In this document: positions 16,506 to 26,551 of the stretch, piece by piece
How positions within the stretch are numbered: position 1 is the stretch's first letter
Layout: the number at the start of each line of letters is the position of its first letter
Notes under the pieces: generated by a model
Seen by the model: the letters and a program-made list of their open reading frames with translations, nothing else
Database searches by the model: none
What the model was told of the DNA's origin: nothing
Position numbers and translations under genes: made by a program
Origin: Candidatus Micrarchaeaceae archaeon
GTDB taxonomy: Archaea > Micrarchaeota > Micrarchaeia > Micrarchaeales > CABMGC01
Direction: 5' to 3'
DNA: 31,877 bases
Assembly (NCBI GenBank): GCA_038873795.1
Contig: JAVZDR010000005.1
Coordinates: forward strand, 1-31,877

Positions 16506-17273
16506 ATGAACAGAACTAAGATATATTTTAATCCGAAGGTAAAACTGAGAAACCCAGTGATGTTAGTCGGCCTTCCTGGCATAGGAAGCGTAGGCAGCCT
16601 TGTCTGCGAGCACATAAAAAACGAGCTCAAGGCGGAGAAGTTTGCAACCTTATACTCGCCATATCTGCCGCACCAGGTCCTAATGCTGAAGTCTGGAAAC
16701 ATGCGCCTGCTCAACAATAGGTTCTATTATTGGAAAAATCCATCAAAAGACAAAGATGCCAAAGATATAGTGATCCTTCTCGGTGACGCGCAGGCTGTTT
16801 CCTCAAAAGGTCAGTATGAGATAAGCGAGATGATAGTGAAATTTTTCAAGTCCATTGGGGGGAAGGAGATATTCACAATAGGCGGGTATAGTGTCTCAGA
16901 CAAGTATATACAGAATCCAAAGGTATATGGTGTATCGCCATTCAGCGAAATAAGAAAGGAATTCAGGCAGCACGGCGCGATATTAGGCTCAACAGTAGGC
17001 ATGATATGGGGAGCTGCTGGGCTGATAGTTTCCTTTGCAAAAAAGCACAACGTGCAGAGCGGTTGCCTTCTCGGCGAGACTGGCTTACTCGAAGTCGATG
17101 CCAATTCAGCTAGGTCTGTGCTTAAGGTAATAACAGAGCTTCTCGGCATAAAGATAAGCACCGAGAATCTGGAAAAGATAAAGAAGGAGACTGAGGCAAT
17201 GCTGGCGAGGTTCGAAGAACTAGCCAGCGCAGAGCAGAAGCCATCAACCGAAAACCTCACATATATAAGATAG
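16506..17273 (+). CDS. Proteasome assembly chaperone PAC2 family protein
   Basis: LVGLPGIGSVG, ILLGDAQ, FTIGGY, IWGAAGLI, CLLGET, VDANSA, C-terminal TYIR. Usual position after aIF2alpha. Confidence 0.9.
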   Translation: MNRTKIYFNPKVKLRNPVMLVGLPGIGSVGSLVCEHIKNELKAEKFATLYSPYLPHQVLMLKSGNMRLLNNRFYYWKNPSKDKDAKDIVILLGDAQAVSSKGQYEISEMIVKFFKSIGGKEIFTIGGYSVSDKYIQNPKVYGVSPFSEIRKEFRQHGAILGSTVGMIWGAAGLIVSFAKKHNVQSGCLLGETGLLEVDANSARSVLKVITELLGIKISTENLEKIKKETEAMLARFEELASAEQKPSTENLTYIR

Positions 17274-17358
17274 CAGCATGCAATCCACACCCAAATTAGA
17301 CTTTGGCAGCCTTTGCATATGGCATAGTCTTTTCAACATAACCGCAAAAATCGAGGGT

Positions 17359-17431
17359 GCGATCGTAGTCTAGCCTGGTAGGACTTCGCCTTCCCAAGGC
17401 GAAAACCCGGGTTCAAATCCCGGCGGTCGCA
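17359..17431 (+). tRNA. tRNA-Gly(CCC)
   Basis: Acceptor GCGATCG/CGGTCGC, anticodon arm TCGCC-TTCCCAA-GGCGA, T arm CCGGG-TTCAAAT-CCCGG. Confidence 0.95.
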
Positions 17432-17717
17432 CACACCAAGGCCATATTATTTGCAAAGTTGGAAAATAATCCTAGCACAGTACGGCAGCACCCCATCGTA
17501 ACGCCTAAAACAGCATGCAAAGAGTTGATTCAGATAAAACAAAATAAAGCCTAGTGATAAAAAACTTGTCTATGCACAACATTCCTCTATTAGTGAGCAT
17601 AAGCCGTCACACACGTAGCGAAAACTGAAACCACACGACAGCTTAGAAGGATACCTTGCTGATGGTATTCTGGTTTTAGGTCTTGATCATTTGTATATTA
17701 AATAAAAGGTGATTGCA

Positions 17718-18992
17718 ATGGATGAAATAGACAAGAAGGCGATAAGTGTTTCGAAAAGGCTGAGAGGCAAAATAGAAATAAAGTTGAAGCCGAAGATAAA
17801 ATCTTTCGAAGATTTTGCCATCCTTTATACCCCCGGCGTAGCCGCTGTGTCAAAGGCGATAAGCGCAGACCACAGTAAGGCAAACATGCTCACATACAAA
17901 TGGAATACAGTTGCGATAGTGACAGATGGCACAAGGGTGCTGGGCCTCGGGAATATAGGGCCCGACGCCGCCATGCCTGTTATGGAAGGCAAAGCACTGC
18001 TTTTCAAGCATCTCGGAGGGGTAGACGCGATACCAATAACTCTCGGTACGACGTCATTGGAGGGCATAGTTGAAACTGTCAAGGCAATTGCTCCGTCTTT
18101 TAGCGGGATAAACCTAGAAGATATAGAATCACCGAAATCTTTCGCGATATTGGAAAGGCTGCAGAAAGAACTCAGCATACCTGTGTGGCATGACGACAAC
18201 CAAGGTACTGCAGCGGTTACGCTCGCTGCGCTTATCAACGCGCTTAAGCTCGTAAATAAAAACATAAAGGACATAAAGCTCACAATGTTCGGCGCAGGCA
18301 CGGCTGGTCTCTCAATATTAAGGCTGCTTTCGCTCTACGGGCTGGACAAGCGCAATGTGGTAGTAATAGATTCAAAAGGCGTGCTGCACAAAGGGAGGAA
18401 TGATGCAGAACAGCTTAAGACAGTAAATCCACATAAATATGAATTATTGGAAAGCACAAACAGATACGGCGTAACAGAAATAGAAGACGCTGTAAGTGGC
18501 TCTGACGTTGTGATTGCTGCATCTGCTTCAAACACAGGCACAGTAAAAGGCGAATGGATACGTAAAATGGGTAGCGATCCGATTGTTTTTGCTCTTGCAA
18601 ATCCTCAGCCTGAAATATCAATGGAGGAAGCACAGAAATCCGGAGTAAAGATATTTGCGACAGGGAGAAGCGACATACCTAACCAAGTTAATAATTCGTT
18701 GGTGTTCCCAGGCGTGTTCAGGGGTGTTCTAGACGTAGAGGCAAGCCGCATAACAGATACAATGGCGATAGCAGCAGCGAAGGAGCTAGCAAAGCATGCA
18801 GATGAGAAAGGGCTGAGCCCAACTTACATAATACCAAAAATGGACGAGCGCGAAGCATTCTACAAGGTAGCTGCCGGCGTAGGGGTGCAGGCATGCAGCG
18901 AGGGCATTGCCAAAACATGCATGAGCTATGACGAATTGTATAACCGCGCAGAGCAGATGATCACAAAGGGAAGGTACAAAGCCAAAAAGTAA
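17718..18992 (+). CDS. NAD(P)-dependent malic enzyme
   Basis: YTPGVA, VTDGTRVLGLGNIG, PVMEGKALLFK, INLEDI, HDDNQGT, FALANP, ATGRSDIPNQVNNSLVFPG. ATG follows GGTGA. Confidence 0.93.
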   Translation: MDEIDKKAISVSKRLRGKIEIKLKPKIKSFEDFAILYTPGVAAVSKAISADHSKANMLTYKWNTVAIVTDGTRVLGLGNIGPDAAMPVMEGKALLFKHLGGVDAIPITLGTTSLEGIVETVKAIAPSFSGINLEDIESPKSFAILERLQKELSIPVWHDDNQGTAAVTLAALINALKLVNKNIKDIKLTMFGAGTAGLSILRLLSLYGLDKRNVVVIDSKGVLHKGRNDAEQLKTVNPHKYELLESTNRYGVTEIEDAVSGSDVVIAASASNTGTVKGEWIRKMGSDPIVFALANPQPEISMEEAQKSGVKIFATGRSDIPNQVNNSLVFPGVFRGVLDVEASRITDTMAIAAAKELAKHADEKGLSPTYIIPKMDEREAFYKVAAGVGVQACSEGIAKTCMSYDELYNRAEQMITKGRYKAKK

Positions 18993-19128
18993 GCAGAGCA
19001 GCAAGCGCCGGGCAGCGCCCTACACCTTTTCCAGGTATACTCCTATATTTATACATAGGCATTTATATTTTAGACGCATATTTGAGTATGTGCTATCCTT
19101 GTGCATAGGGTTCTTGCGAAGCGATTAG

Positions 19129-20325
19129 ATGAAAATCGCCATAGTTTCAGATTTCCACCTCGGTTATGAGCGTTTCTACGAGGATGCTTACCTTCAAGCA
19201 GCATCGGCGCTCGAGAGCGCAGCATCAGAGGCGGACGCAATCATTATCCCTGGCGATATATTCGACAGCCGCACTCCGAAGCCAGAGGTTTTTGCTGAAG
19301 GAATAAACATATTCAGAAACCTAAGTGCGCGCGAATGGCACGCAAAGGTAACGCAGTTTAAGGGGAAGCGCAAGATATACACAGATGCACCCATAGTTGC
19401 AATACCTGGCACACATGAAAGGAGGAACGCAGAAGCAGAAGATCCTGTTGAGCTTCTGAACCTTGCGGGCCTCATTGTCAATGCAAGCGAGGCCACTGTG
19501 ACTATAGAAGATGCTGGCGAAAGGGTTTCAATCTTCGGCCTCGGTGGCATCGCCGAGGAAAGGGCGCGCAATTATCTAAAATCGCTGGATCCGAAACCAG
19601 AGCCGGGCAGCTTCAACATATTCATGTTTCACCAGTCTATATACGAACTCATGCCATTCAGCGAATCTTTTCTGAGATATAGCGACCTGCCAAAGGGCTT
19701 CGACCTTTACGTAGATGGTCATATACACAATCGCATGGAATCCAAAGTGGATGGCAGGCCACTCTTGATACCTGGAAGCACGGTGCTGACACAGCTCAAG
19801 GATGCAGAGCAGGAGAAAAAGGGCTTCTTCTTATACGATACAAAGGCCAACACATACAAGTTCATAGAGATCCATTCGCGGCCATTTGTCAGCATCAAAC
19901 TGCCTGTGGATTCAAAGACGCCGGAAGAGATAAAAGGATCAATAAAGAGCAAAATCGACGAAGTTGTAGCCAAATATGGGGAAAAGCCTGTTGTGAGGAT
20001 AGCCCTTGATGGAAAGATTAAAGGTGGCTTCAGGCAGGGGGATGTGGATATCTACGAAATCATAAAAGAATATGCCGACAAAGCATTTGTTGAAATAAGC
20101 AAGCAGGGCCTTGAAGATGAGGGCCTTTCAATGAGCATAAACTCGCTGCGGAGCGGCAGCCTTGAGAACATTTCCATAAAAGACTTTGGCCTCAGCATCT
20201 TCCTCGAGAGCATCAAGAAGCAGGGCTATTCGCTCAAGATAAGCCCCGCAGAGCTCTTCGAGCTTCTGAGCAGCGAGCCGAACAAAGAAAAAGCCGTAAA
20301 GCGCGCCTTGGATGAGCTATTCTAA
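19129..20325 (+). CDS. mre11: DNA double-strand break repair nuclease Mre11 (SbcD family)
   Basis: Phosphoesterase motifs SDFHLG, GDIFD, PGTHE, FHQ, GHIH, PGS followed by a capping domain. Confidence 0.88.
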   Translation: MKIAIVSDFHLGYERFYEDAYLQAASALESAASEADAIIIPGDIFDSRTPKPEVFAEGINIFRNLSAREWHAKVTQFKGKRKIYTDAPIVAIPGTHERRNAEAEDPVELLNLAGLIVNASEATVTIEDAGERVSIFGLGGIAEERARNYLKSLDPKPEPGSFNIFMFHQSIYELMPFSESFLRYSDLPKGFDLYVDGHIHNRMESKVDGRPLLIPGSTVLTQLKDAEQEKKGFFLYDTKANTYKFIEIHSRPFVSIKLPVDSKTPEEIKGSIKSKIDEVVAKYGEKPVVRIALDGKIKGGFRQGDVDIYEIIKEYADKAFVEISKQGLEDEGLSMSINSLRSGSLENISIKDFGLSIFLESIKKQGYSLKISPAELFELLSSEPNKEKAVKRALDELF

Positions 20326-21716
20326 TCCTGACTTCTAAGGTAGTTTGCATAGTCAAGCAGAACGCGCAACGACCTTATTGCAGCAGCTGGCGAATCATAC
20401 ACTGGAAGCCCAGCGCTCTCCATCATTATTTTGTGCATTAGCGTATAGTCTGTACCTGTACTTATCACTATCATTGGCTTCTTTGCGTTCTCCTTGTATT
20501 CTATAAGTTTGTTAACAACACTCGAATCAGCCCCTGGTGTCTGGAAAAGGGCTATTACAACAACCATGTCGACATTCTTGTCATTCATCACAGCCTCGAG
20601 AGCATCTCCATATCTCTGCGCATCAGCGTCGCCGGCAAGGTCCAAAGGCTGCCTTATGTTCACTATAGCAGGCATCTTCTTCCTCAGCTCATTTTTAGTC
20701 GCCTCATCAAATTCGCTGAGCGTCAGCCCATTCAGGTACACTTCATCCGTGGTCAATACTCCAGTTCCTCCCCCGTTTGTAATTATCGCGACTCTCCCAC
20801 CGCTCGGGAGGGGCTCGCTGTCGAAGATTTTCGCGAAATGCAGGAGTTCGCTAAGGTCCTCCGCAACCGCAAAGCCAAACTGCTTGAAGACAGCCTCATA
20901 CATCTCATAGCTGCCAGCTATGGACGCGGTATGAGAATGCGCGGCAGTTGCGCCCTCAGAAGTTATACCACCCTTTATTACAACTATGGGCTTCTGCTTT
21001 GTTATCTTCTTTGCGATCTCTATGAATTCTTTCCCCCTCTTCACACCCTCTATGTACATTACTATTACTTTGGTATCATCGTCGTGCATGAGGTACTCTA
21101 AAATGTCAACCTCATCCACATCAGCGGCATTGCCATAGGATATGAACTTGGCTATGCCGAAGCCTTCCTTCGCTATAAGGTCGAGCACGGTGCTCCCTAC
21201 AGCGCCGCTCTGGGAGACAAAGCTAACGCCGCCTATCTTAGGCCTGCTCAGCTTGTATGTAGGTAGGAAGAGCGTGTCTATCCTTGACCTTGGATCCATC
21301 ACGCCAAGGCAGTTAGGCCCTATCATTGCCATACCATACTTATGGGCTATTTCGACAATTTTGTCCTGCAGCCCTATTTCGCCGATTTCTGCGAAGCCGC
21401 CGCTAACGACAACCGCTCCTTTCACCCCAACCTCGCCGCATTCATTAAGAACTTGGGGCACAGCCGCAGCAGGTATAGCAATCACAGCAAGGTCTATGCT
21501 CTTTTTTATCTCTTTTACGCTTTTATAGGTCCTCAGCCCCATTATGGGGCCTGTGCTTTTGTTGTTAACAGGATAGATCTTCCCAGGATAGCCTCCGTCG
21601 ATGTAGTTCTGGAGTATTATATGCCCCACCTTTTTTGGATCTCTGGATGCGCCGATGACCGCCACGCTCTTAGGATTGAAGACATATTTGAGGTTGCTTT
21701 TCGCCTTTTCAAGCAT
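20322..21716 (-). CDS. acdA: Acetate--CoA ligase (ADP-forming) subunit alpha
   Basis: FNPKSVAVIGAS, IGPNCLG, SQSGA, SYGN, phospho-His SHTASIAG, ITNGGGTG, PLDLAGDA. Confidence 0.92.
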   Translation of the reverse strand: MLEKAKSNLKYVFNPKSVAVIGASRDPKKVGHIILQNYIDGGYPGKIYPVNNKSTGPIMGLRTYKSVKEIKKSIDLAVIAIPAAAVPQVLNECGEVGVKGAVVVSGGFAEIGEIGLQDKIVEIAHKYGMAMIGPNCLGVMDPRSRIDTLFLPTYKLSRPKIGGVSFVSQSGAVGSTVLDLIAKEGFGIAKFISYGNAADVDEVDILEYLMHDDDTKVIVMYIEGVKRGKEFIEIAKKITKQKPIVVIKGGITSEGATAAHSHTASIAGSYEMYEAVFKQFGFAVAEDLSELLHFAKIFDSEPLPSGGRVAIITNGGGTGVLTTDEVYLNGLTLSEFDEATKNELRKKMPAIVNIRQPLDLAGDADAQRYGDALEAVMNDKNVDMVVVIALFQTPGADSSVVNKLIEYKENAKKPMIVISTGTDYTLMHKIMMESAGLPVYDSPAAAIRSLRVLLDYANYLRSQD

Positions 21717-21724
21717 AGTTTCGC

Positions 21725-22339
21725 CTATTTCAGCATCCTTATATCGACAGCATCATAGCTGTCCTTCCTGATTATCACAGGGTTCAGGTCTATCTCTGAT
21801 ATCTCATTCTCTGTTACGAGCTTTGACATACTGAGCAGCAGTGTAGCGAGCATATCTGTTGCTAGGCCATTGTAGGTTATTATGTTCTTGGACTTGAGCT
21901 GGTCTATCATGCTCAGTGCATCCCTCTTCGTTATTGGGCATATCCTTATTGAAAAGTCCTTGAAGGTTTCAACATAGATTCCTCCAAGGCCCAGCAATAT
22001 TGCTTTGCCGAACTGGCTGTCTATCTTGCTGCCAACTATGATCTCAACGCCTTCAGCAGCCATCTTCTGTGCTATTATTTTGTATGGCTTCAGCTCCCTG
22101 CCCTTCTCTAAAAGATCCGAAAAAGCCTCATCTATGCTTTTTTTGTCTGCCAGGTTGAGCCTAACAAGTCCACTCTTCGATTTGTGGAGGGCCTTGTCTG
22201 AAATAAGCTTCAGAACAATTGGCGCCCCAGCAGCAAACTTCTCGGCTTCCTCAGCAGAGCCAACATATGCACTTTCGACACTCCTTATTCCATACTTGTC
22301 TAGTATTCTCTTTGCCTCAAAATAGTCAAGCAACGCCAA
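21725..22339 (-). CDS. acdB: Acetate--CoA ligase (ADP-forming) subunit beta (ATP-grasp)
   Basis: PIVLK...HKS, EIIVG, FG...GLGGIYVE, EIDLNPV, AVD. Directly upstream of acdA. Confidence 0.9.
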   Translation of the reverse strand: MALLDYFEAKRILDKYGIRSVESAYVGSAEEAEKFAAGAPIVLKLISDKALHKSKSGLVRLNLADKKSIDEAFSDLLEKGRELKPYKIIAQKMAAEGVEIIVGSKIDSQFGKAILLGLGGIYVETFKDFSIRICPITKRDALSMIDQLKSKNIITYNGLATDMLATLLLSMSKLVTENEISEIDLNPVIIRKDSYDAVDIRMLK

Positions 22340-22350
22340 CGACTCTGCCT

Positions 22351-22998
22351 CTATATAAACCCTTTGTAGTAAAGTACTGCCAGCAACAGTATGATAACAA
22401 TTATCACAAGCACAAATTTGATTGTATTTGATGGTTTCTTAACTTGCAAAGGCGCCGTTTGCGGTGCCTGCGCAGCCTGCGCCGCCTGCTGCGGCTGTTG
22501 CTGCTCTGCTGCGGCTGCCTGCACCTGCTGTGCCCCCTGCGGCAACCCCTTTACCTTCAAAAAGCCCTTCTCTGCAAGGGTGAGCTCTATTACGCCATTC
22601 TTTATTTCATACATAATGTACTCCTGCTTGTAAAGCTTGTATAACCTCAACGCAAGATCCTTAGAATTTATGTTGAGCGCAGCAGCAAGCTCATCTGGGA
22701 GCCTTTTGCCTCCAGAAAGCTGCCTCAGTATTTCGCTATCAAATTCATCGAATGCCTCTGCACTCTTTGCATCCGCCTCGGCGAGCAGCTGCTTTCCAGC
22801 ATCCGTAATCACAAGTCCGTTTGGACCAGGATAATTGCTTGTGAAGTCGACAAGCCCCTTCTGCTTCAGCGTGCCAGTTATGTTTGCAACATCATAGAAG
22901 CTCGAGTTTATAATGCCGCCAAATTTCTCAACAGTAGTCTCAGGAGTAATCTTGGTAAGACATGCAAGGTCGAGAAAATTTATTCCAGCCACAGCCAT
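22351..22998 (-). CDS. Hypothetical protein: tandem wHTH-like domains, Q/A-rich linker, C-terminal TM anchor
   Basis: LKQKGLVDF...ITDAG and LYKQEYI...LAEKG wHTH-like repeats, QQVQAAAAEQQQPQQAAQAAQAP linker, FVLVIIVIILLLAVLYY tail. Confidence 0.7.
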   Translation of the reverse strand: MAVAGINFLDLACLTKITPETTVEKFGGIINSSFYDVANITGTLKQKGLVDFTSNYPGPNGLVITDAGKQLLAEADAKSAEAFDEFDSEILRQLSGGKRLPDELAAALNINSKDLALRLYKLYKQEYIMYEIKNGVIELTLAEKGFLKVKGLPQGAQQVQAAAAEQQQPQQAAQAAQAPQTAPLQVKKPSNTIKFVLVIIVIILLLAVLYYKGFI

Positions 22999-23363
22999 AA
23001 GAACCTATCTTAAATGTGAAAAGAGTTTTATAAGCTTTGCGGCAAAACCATCGCTGCTTTCAGTCTAGCCTACCTAACAGATAATTCAGCTATCATCAAA
23101 AAGTTAGATTCTCATGCACATTTGCAGCCAAAACTAATGAATAAAAGAAAAGTGACGAGTTTGTATAATATGCAGTTGAAATAGGAAGGGGTAACGATAA
23201 TATCGAGAGAAACATATCGCATTTGAACGCAGAGACAGACAAAATAGATAAAGGCAAGAGGATTACAACGCCAATACCATCTAAACCTTTTCCAAAGGTA
23301 ATCGAATCTGACGTATGCTTTTTTTATTTTGCTTGTAAAAAGTATATTACTACTGGTGCTACT

Positions 23364-24872
23364 GTGCATCCGAAACTCAATCTGGGAAAGCCTTTTGAAA
23401 ATCTCTTCGAACTTGATGATAGCGGCGTGCCTGTTTTCAAGATATTTTCAGGCGGCAGATGGTTCTTCCCGAAGGGGTGCAATACTATAGATGTCAGAAG
23501 CCCTATAGACAATTCAGTCATAGCCCGCATTCCCACAGTAGACGAGAAGTGGGCCGACGCGGTTGTAGAAAGCGCATATTCATCAAAGAATGCGATGAGA
23601 AAGGTGCCTGCTATAGAGCGAATAAGGATAATGCAAGATGCGGCAAGGCTCCTCAAGCAGTACTCGGAAGTCTTAGTGACCAACCTAGTCATTGAGAGTG
23701 GCAAGACACTCAGAGACGCAGCTAGGGAAGTAGACTCAACGAGACACAGGCTAATGCTCGTATCAGAAGAGGCAAGGAAGATCTTTGGAGACTACCTGCC
23801 AGGGGATTGGGCGGAGGAGAATGTTGGCAAATATGCGCTTGTCATAAGGGAGCCGGTAGGGCTCGTGCTTGCAATAGCCCCTTTCAACTATCCTCTTTTC
23901 ATATCATATACAAAAGTCATTCCGGCTCTGCTTGCTGGAAACGCCGTGGTGCTGAAGCCGCCCAGTGCAGACCCAGTCTCCACACTAATGATGGCGCGGT
24001 TGCTTGAGCTTGCTGGCACGCCAAAAGGCTCCCTAAGTGTCATAACTGGGAGGGGCCCAATTGGCAGCTACATCGCCAAGAATCCACATATAAACATGGT
24101 CACATTTACTGGTAGCACTGCAACTGGAAAGGCCCTGACCGAGACATCAGGTATAAAGAAGATTCATCTTGAGCTCGGCGGAAAGGCGAGTGCCATTGTA
24201 CTCAGTGATGCAGAGCTTCAATTTGCGGCAGAGAAGATACTTGAAGGCTCCTTGAAGAATGCAGGCCAGCGCTGCGATGCGATAAGTAGGGTGTTCGTGC
24301 AGAGAGAAGTTTATAATAAAATTGTAGGCTACCTTAAGCATGGTATAAAAAAATGGAAGCTTGGTGATCCGAGGCGTGCTTCAACCTACATAGGGCCTCT
24401 GATAGACGAAGCAGCGTCTAATCACGCTTCGGAGCTTGTAGAAGACGCAGTGCGAAAGGGGGCAAACCTCCTATATGGAGGCAAAGCCCACCGCAACTAC
24501 TTTGAGCCGACACTGCTTACAGACGTGCCATTGAATGCAAGGATAATGTGGGAAGAAACATTTGCACCTATAATACCAGTGCATGCTGTTAGGAGCCTTA
24601 AAGAAGCTCTGGTGATATCGAACAGATCAAAGTACGGCCTAGATTCCGCGGTCTTTACTACAGATATAAACAGCGCATGGAACGCAGCGAAGAAGCTCGA
24701 GACTGGCAGCGTCACAATTAACGACGTACCGTCGCATGGGGTTGGCTTTTTCCCATTTGGCGGCGTGAAGGAGAGTGGTCTAGGTAGGGAGGGCATAGGC
24801 TATAGTATAGAGGAGTTTACCAACACCAAGACAATTGTCTTCAAGACAAATACTGTAAAAATGCTAGAATAG
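23364..24872 (+). CDS. gapN: Non-phosphorylating glyceraldehyde-3-phosphate dehydrogenase (archaeal GAPN, ALDH family)
   Basis: VRSPID, GDYLPGDW, PFNYPL, FTGST, LELGGK, catalytic AGQRCDAI, HGVGFFPFGG, REGIGY resemble Thermoproteus/Sulfolobus GAPN. GTG 23364 follows GGTG (the ORF track extends to 23223). Confidence 0.82.
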   Translation: MHPKLNLGKPFENLFELDDSGVPVFKIFSGGRWFFPKGCNTIDVRSPIDNSVIARIPTVDEKWADAVVESAYSSKNAMRKVPAIERIRIMQDAARLLKQYSEVLVTNLVIESGKTLRDAAREVDSTRHRLMLVSEEARKIFGDYLPGDWAEENVGKYALVIREPVGLVLAIAPFNYPLFISYTKVIPALLAGNAVVLKPPSADPVSTLMMARLLELAGTPKGSLSVITGRGPIGSYIAKNPHINMVTFTGSTATGKALTETSGIKKIHLELGGKASAIVLSDAELQFAAEKILEGSLKNAGQRCDAISRVFVQREVYNKIVGYLKHGIKKWKLGDPRRASTYIGPLIDEAASNHASELVEDAVRKGANLLYGGKAHRNYFEPTLLTDVPLNARIMWEETFAPIIPVHAVRSLKEALVISNRSKYGLDSAVFTTDINSAWNAAKKLETGSVTINDVPSHGVGFFPFGGVKESGLGREGIGYSIEEFTNTKTIVFKTNTVKMLE

Positions 24873-25111
24873 CCTCAGAATAATCACTTTTATTTTTGTT
24901 ATGTTCATGCATAGCGGATCCGATACGTAATTCCAAGGACACTTCTGGAGCACCGAGTATAGCAACGGAAGTACAGGCCACGAACGACCAGACATTTAGG
25001 TCGCAGAGGAAGTCATTTACTATTTAAGGGAAATAAAAGTCAACATTCTAACGTGCGTGCCTATAATGAAACTTATAAAAGCCTTTTCTTTGTATGTGAT
25101 ATGGGGGTTGT

Positions 25112-26497
25112 GTGGCCACAAGCAAAAAAAGCTTTGTGAGATGGATTATAATAGGGCTTCTTTTTATTGCAATAACATTCAACTACGCCGACAGGGTCAT
25201 TTGGGTTGCAACAGAACCAGCCTTCTCGCATGCCTTCGGATGGACTACTAGCGTCAGCAGTTACTCAAAGACGCCATCAGCGATTGAGAATGTTGGGCTC
25301 ATACTCTTCATATGGTCCCTTGCATACGCTATCTTCAACTTTCCAGGAGGTTGGATCGCAGACAAGCTTGGGTTGAGGAAGACGCTTACTACTATGTTTG
25401 CAATATGGTCAATCTTCACAGCCTTAACCGCAGCGACGTTTAACTTCATTTCCATGGCAATTGTCCGGGCGGTTATGGGCGCAGGCGAAGGTCCAGTATG
25501 GCCAATAAATTCAAAGTTGACAAAGAACTGGTCTAACAAGGGCGATGAATCGAAGGCGTTTACATTTGCAGGCACGGGCCAAGCAGTAGGCCCTGTCGTT
25601 GCCCTGCTCACGACAGCCGCGATCTACCCAGTCGTCGGGTGGCGAGGACTCTTCGTAATATTCGGTCTAATTGGGCTCATTTTTGCTGCCATCTGGTACT
25701 TCTACGTCAGAGATACGCCATCTCAGCATCCTGGCGTGAATAAGGCAGAAATTGCATACATAAACGAAGGCAAGTCGCTGCACGAGAAGGAGGAGAAGTC
25801 GCCGCTGAGCTCAAGAGCCATATGGAGCATCACAGGCAAGGTAATATTTGGTACACAAGCCGGATGGGGTGTGTTTATAGTCTTCCTCTCCTTCGGCTAT
25901 ATCCTCTTCACAATGCTCTACTGGCTTCCTCCATACTTCTTCGGGACCTTTGCCCATACTATAACAGGTAGCTCGCTCTATACTGCCGCGGTTGACACTG
26001 CACTGATACTTGGCTACTTCGGATCCGGTCCGTTCAATGACTGGCTTGGCAGGAAGTTCGAAAAGGTCACTGCTAGGAGGATAGGTGCAATCAGCCCCAT
26101 GATTATCATGCTACTGGCGTTTATCTTCAGTTATTATACAGGCACAGCACACCTTCTAGTGCCTACAATACTGCTGCTTGCACTCGCAAGCGGGGTCATG
26201 AACCTTACTGTAGGCTCCTGGGCAGTCAATGCCGTTGATCTTGCGCCTTCAGGCACCTCTGCAACAGTATATGGTGTATGTAACGGTGCGCTGAATGTTG
26301 TCGGTGCATTCAACTCGCTGATCGTAGCGGCGATATTTGTGCACCTGAGCCCGCAGATAGGCATAGCGAGTGCGGCTATACCTATGATTGTCTTCATAAT
26401 AGGCTACCTTGTGCTTATAAGGAAGAGCACATGGGCCGGAGCCATAAAATATGGTGAAGCACTACTTAAGCAGGAGCTCTCAAAAGTCAGCAAATAA
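25112..26497 (+). CDS. MFS transporter, anion:cation symporter (ACS/ExuT/DgoT-like) type
   Basis: NYADR in TM1, GWIADKLGLRK (motif A), RAVMGAGEG, GWRGLF, RDTP...HPGVNKAEIAYI. About 12 TM segments. Confidence 0.88.
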   Translation: MATSKKSFVRWIIIGLLFIAITFNYADRVIWVATEPAFSHAFGWTTSVSSYSKTPSAIENVGLILFIWSLAYAIFNFPGGWIADKLGLRKTLTTMFAIWSIFTALTAATFNFISMAIVRAVMGAGEGPVWPINSKLTKNWSNKGDESKAFTFAGTGQAVGPVVALLTTAAIYPVVGWRGLFVIFGLIGLIFAAIWYFYVRDTPSQHPGVNKAEIAYINEGKSLHEKEEKSPLSSRAIWSITGKVIFGTQAGWGVFIVFLSFGYILFTMLYWLPPYFFGTFAHTITGSSLYTAAVDTALILGYFGSGPFNDWLGRKFEKVTARRIGAISPMIIMLLAFIFSYYTGTAHLLVPTILLLALASGVMNLTVGSWAVNAVDLAPSGTSATVYGVCNGALNVVGAFNSLIVAAIFVHLSPQIGIASAAIPMIVFIIGYLVLIRKSTWAGAIKYGEALLKQELSKVSK

Positions 26498-26551
26498 TGC
26501 ACCGCGGCTTAGGGGAAAGCGCATGTGCTGCGCTTGGCTTATGGTGATGGT

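Noticed and set aside
17656..17665. TTGCTGATGG match to spacer 1 upstream of malic enzyme
   Set aside because: Only a 10-bp match and the flanks do not align, so it is not credible self-targeting.
22460..22545. GCCTGC/GCTGC-type short repeats
   Set aside because: They simply encode the Q/A-rich linker of the 22351-22998 protein.
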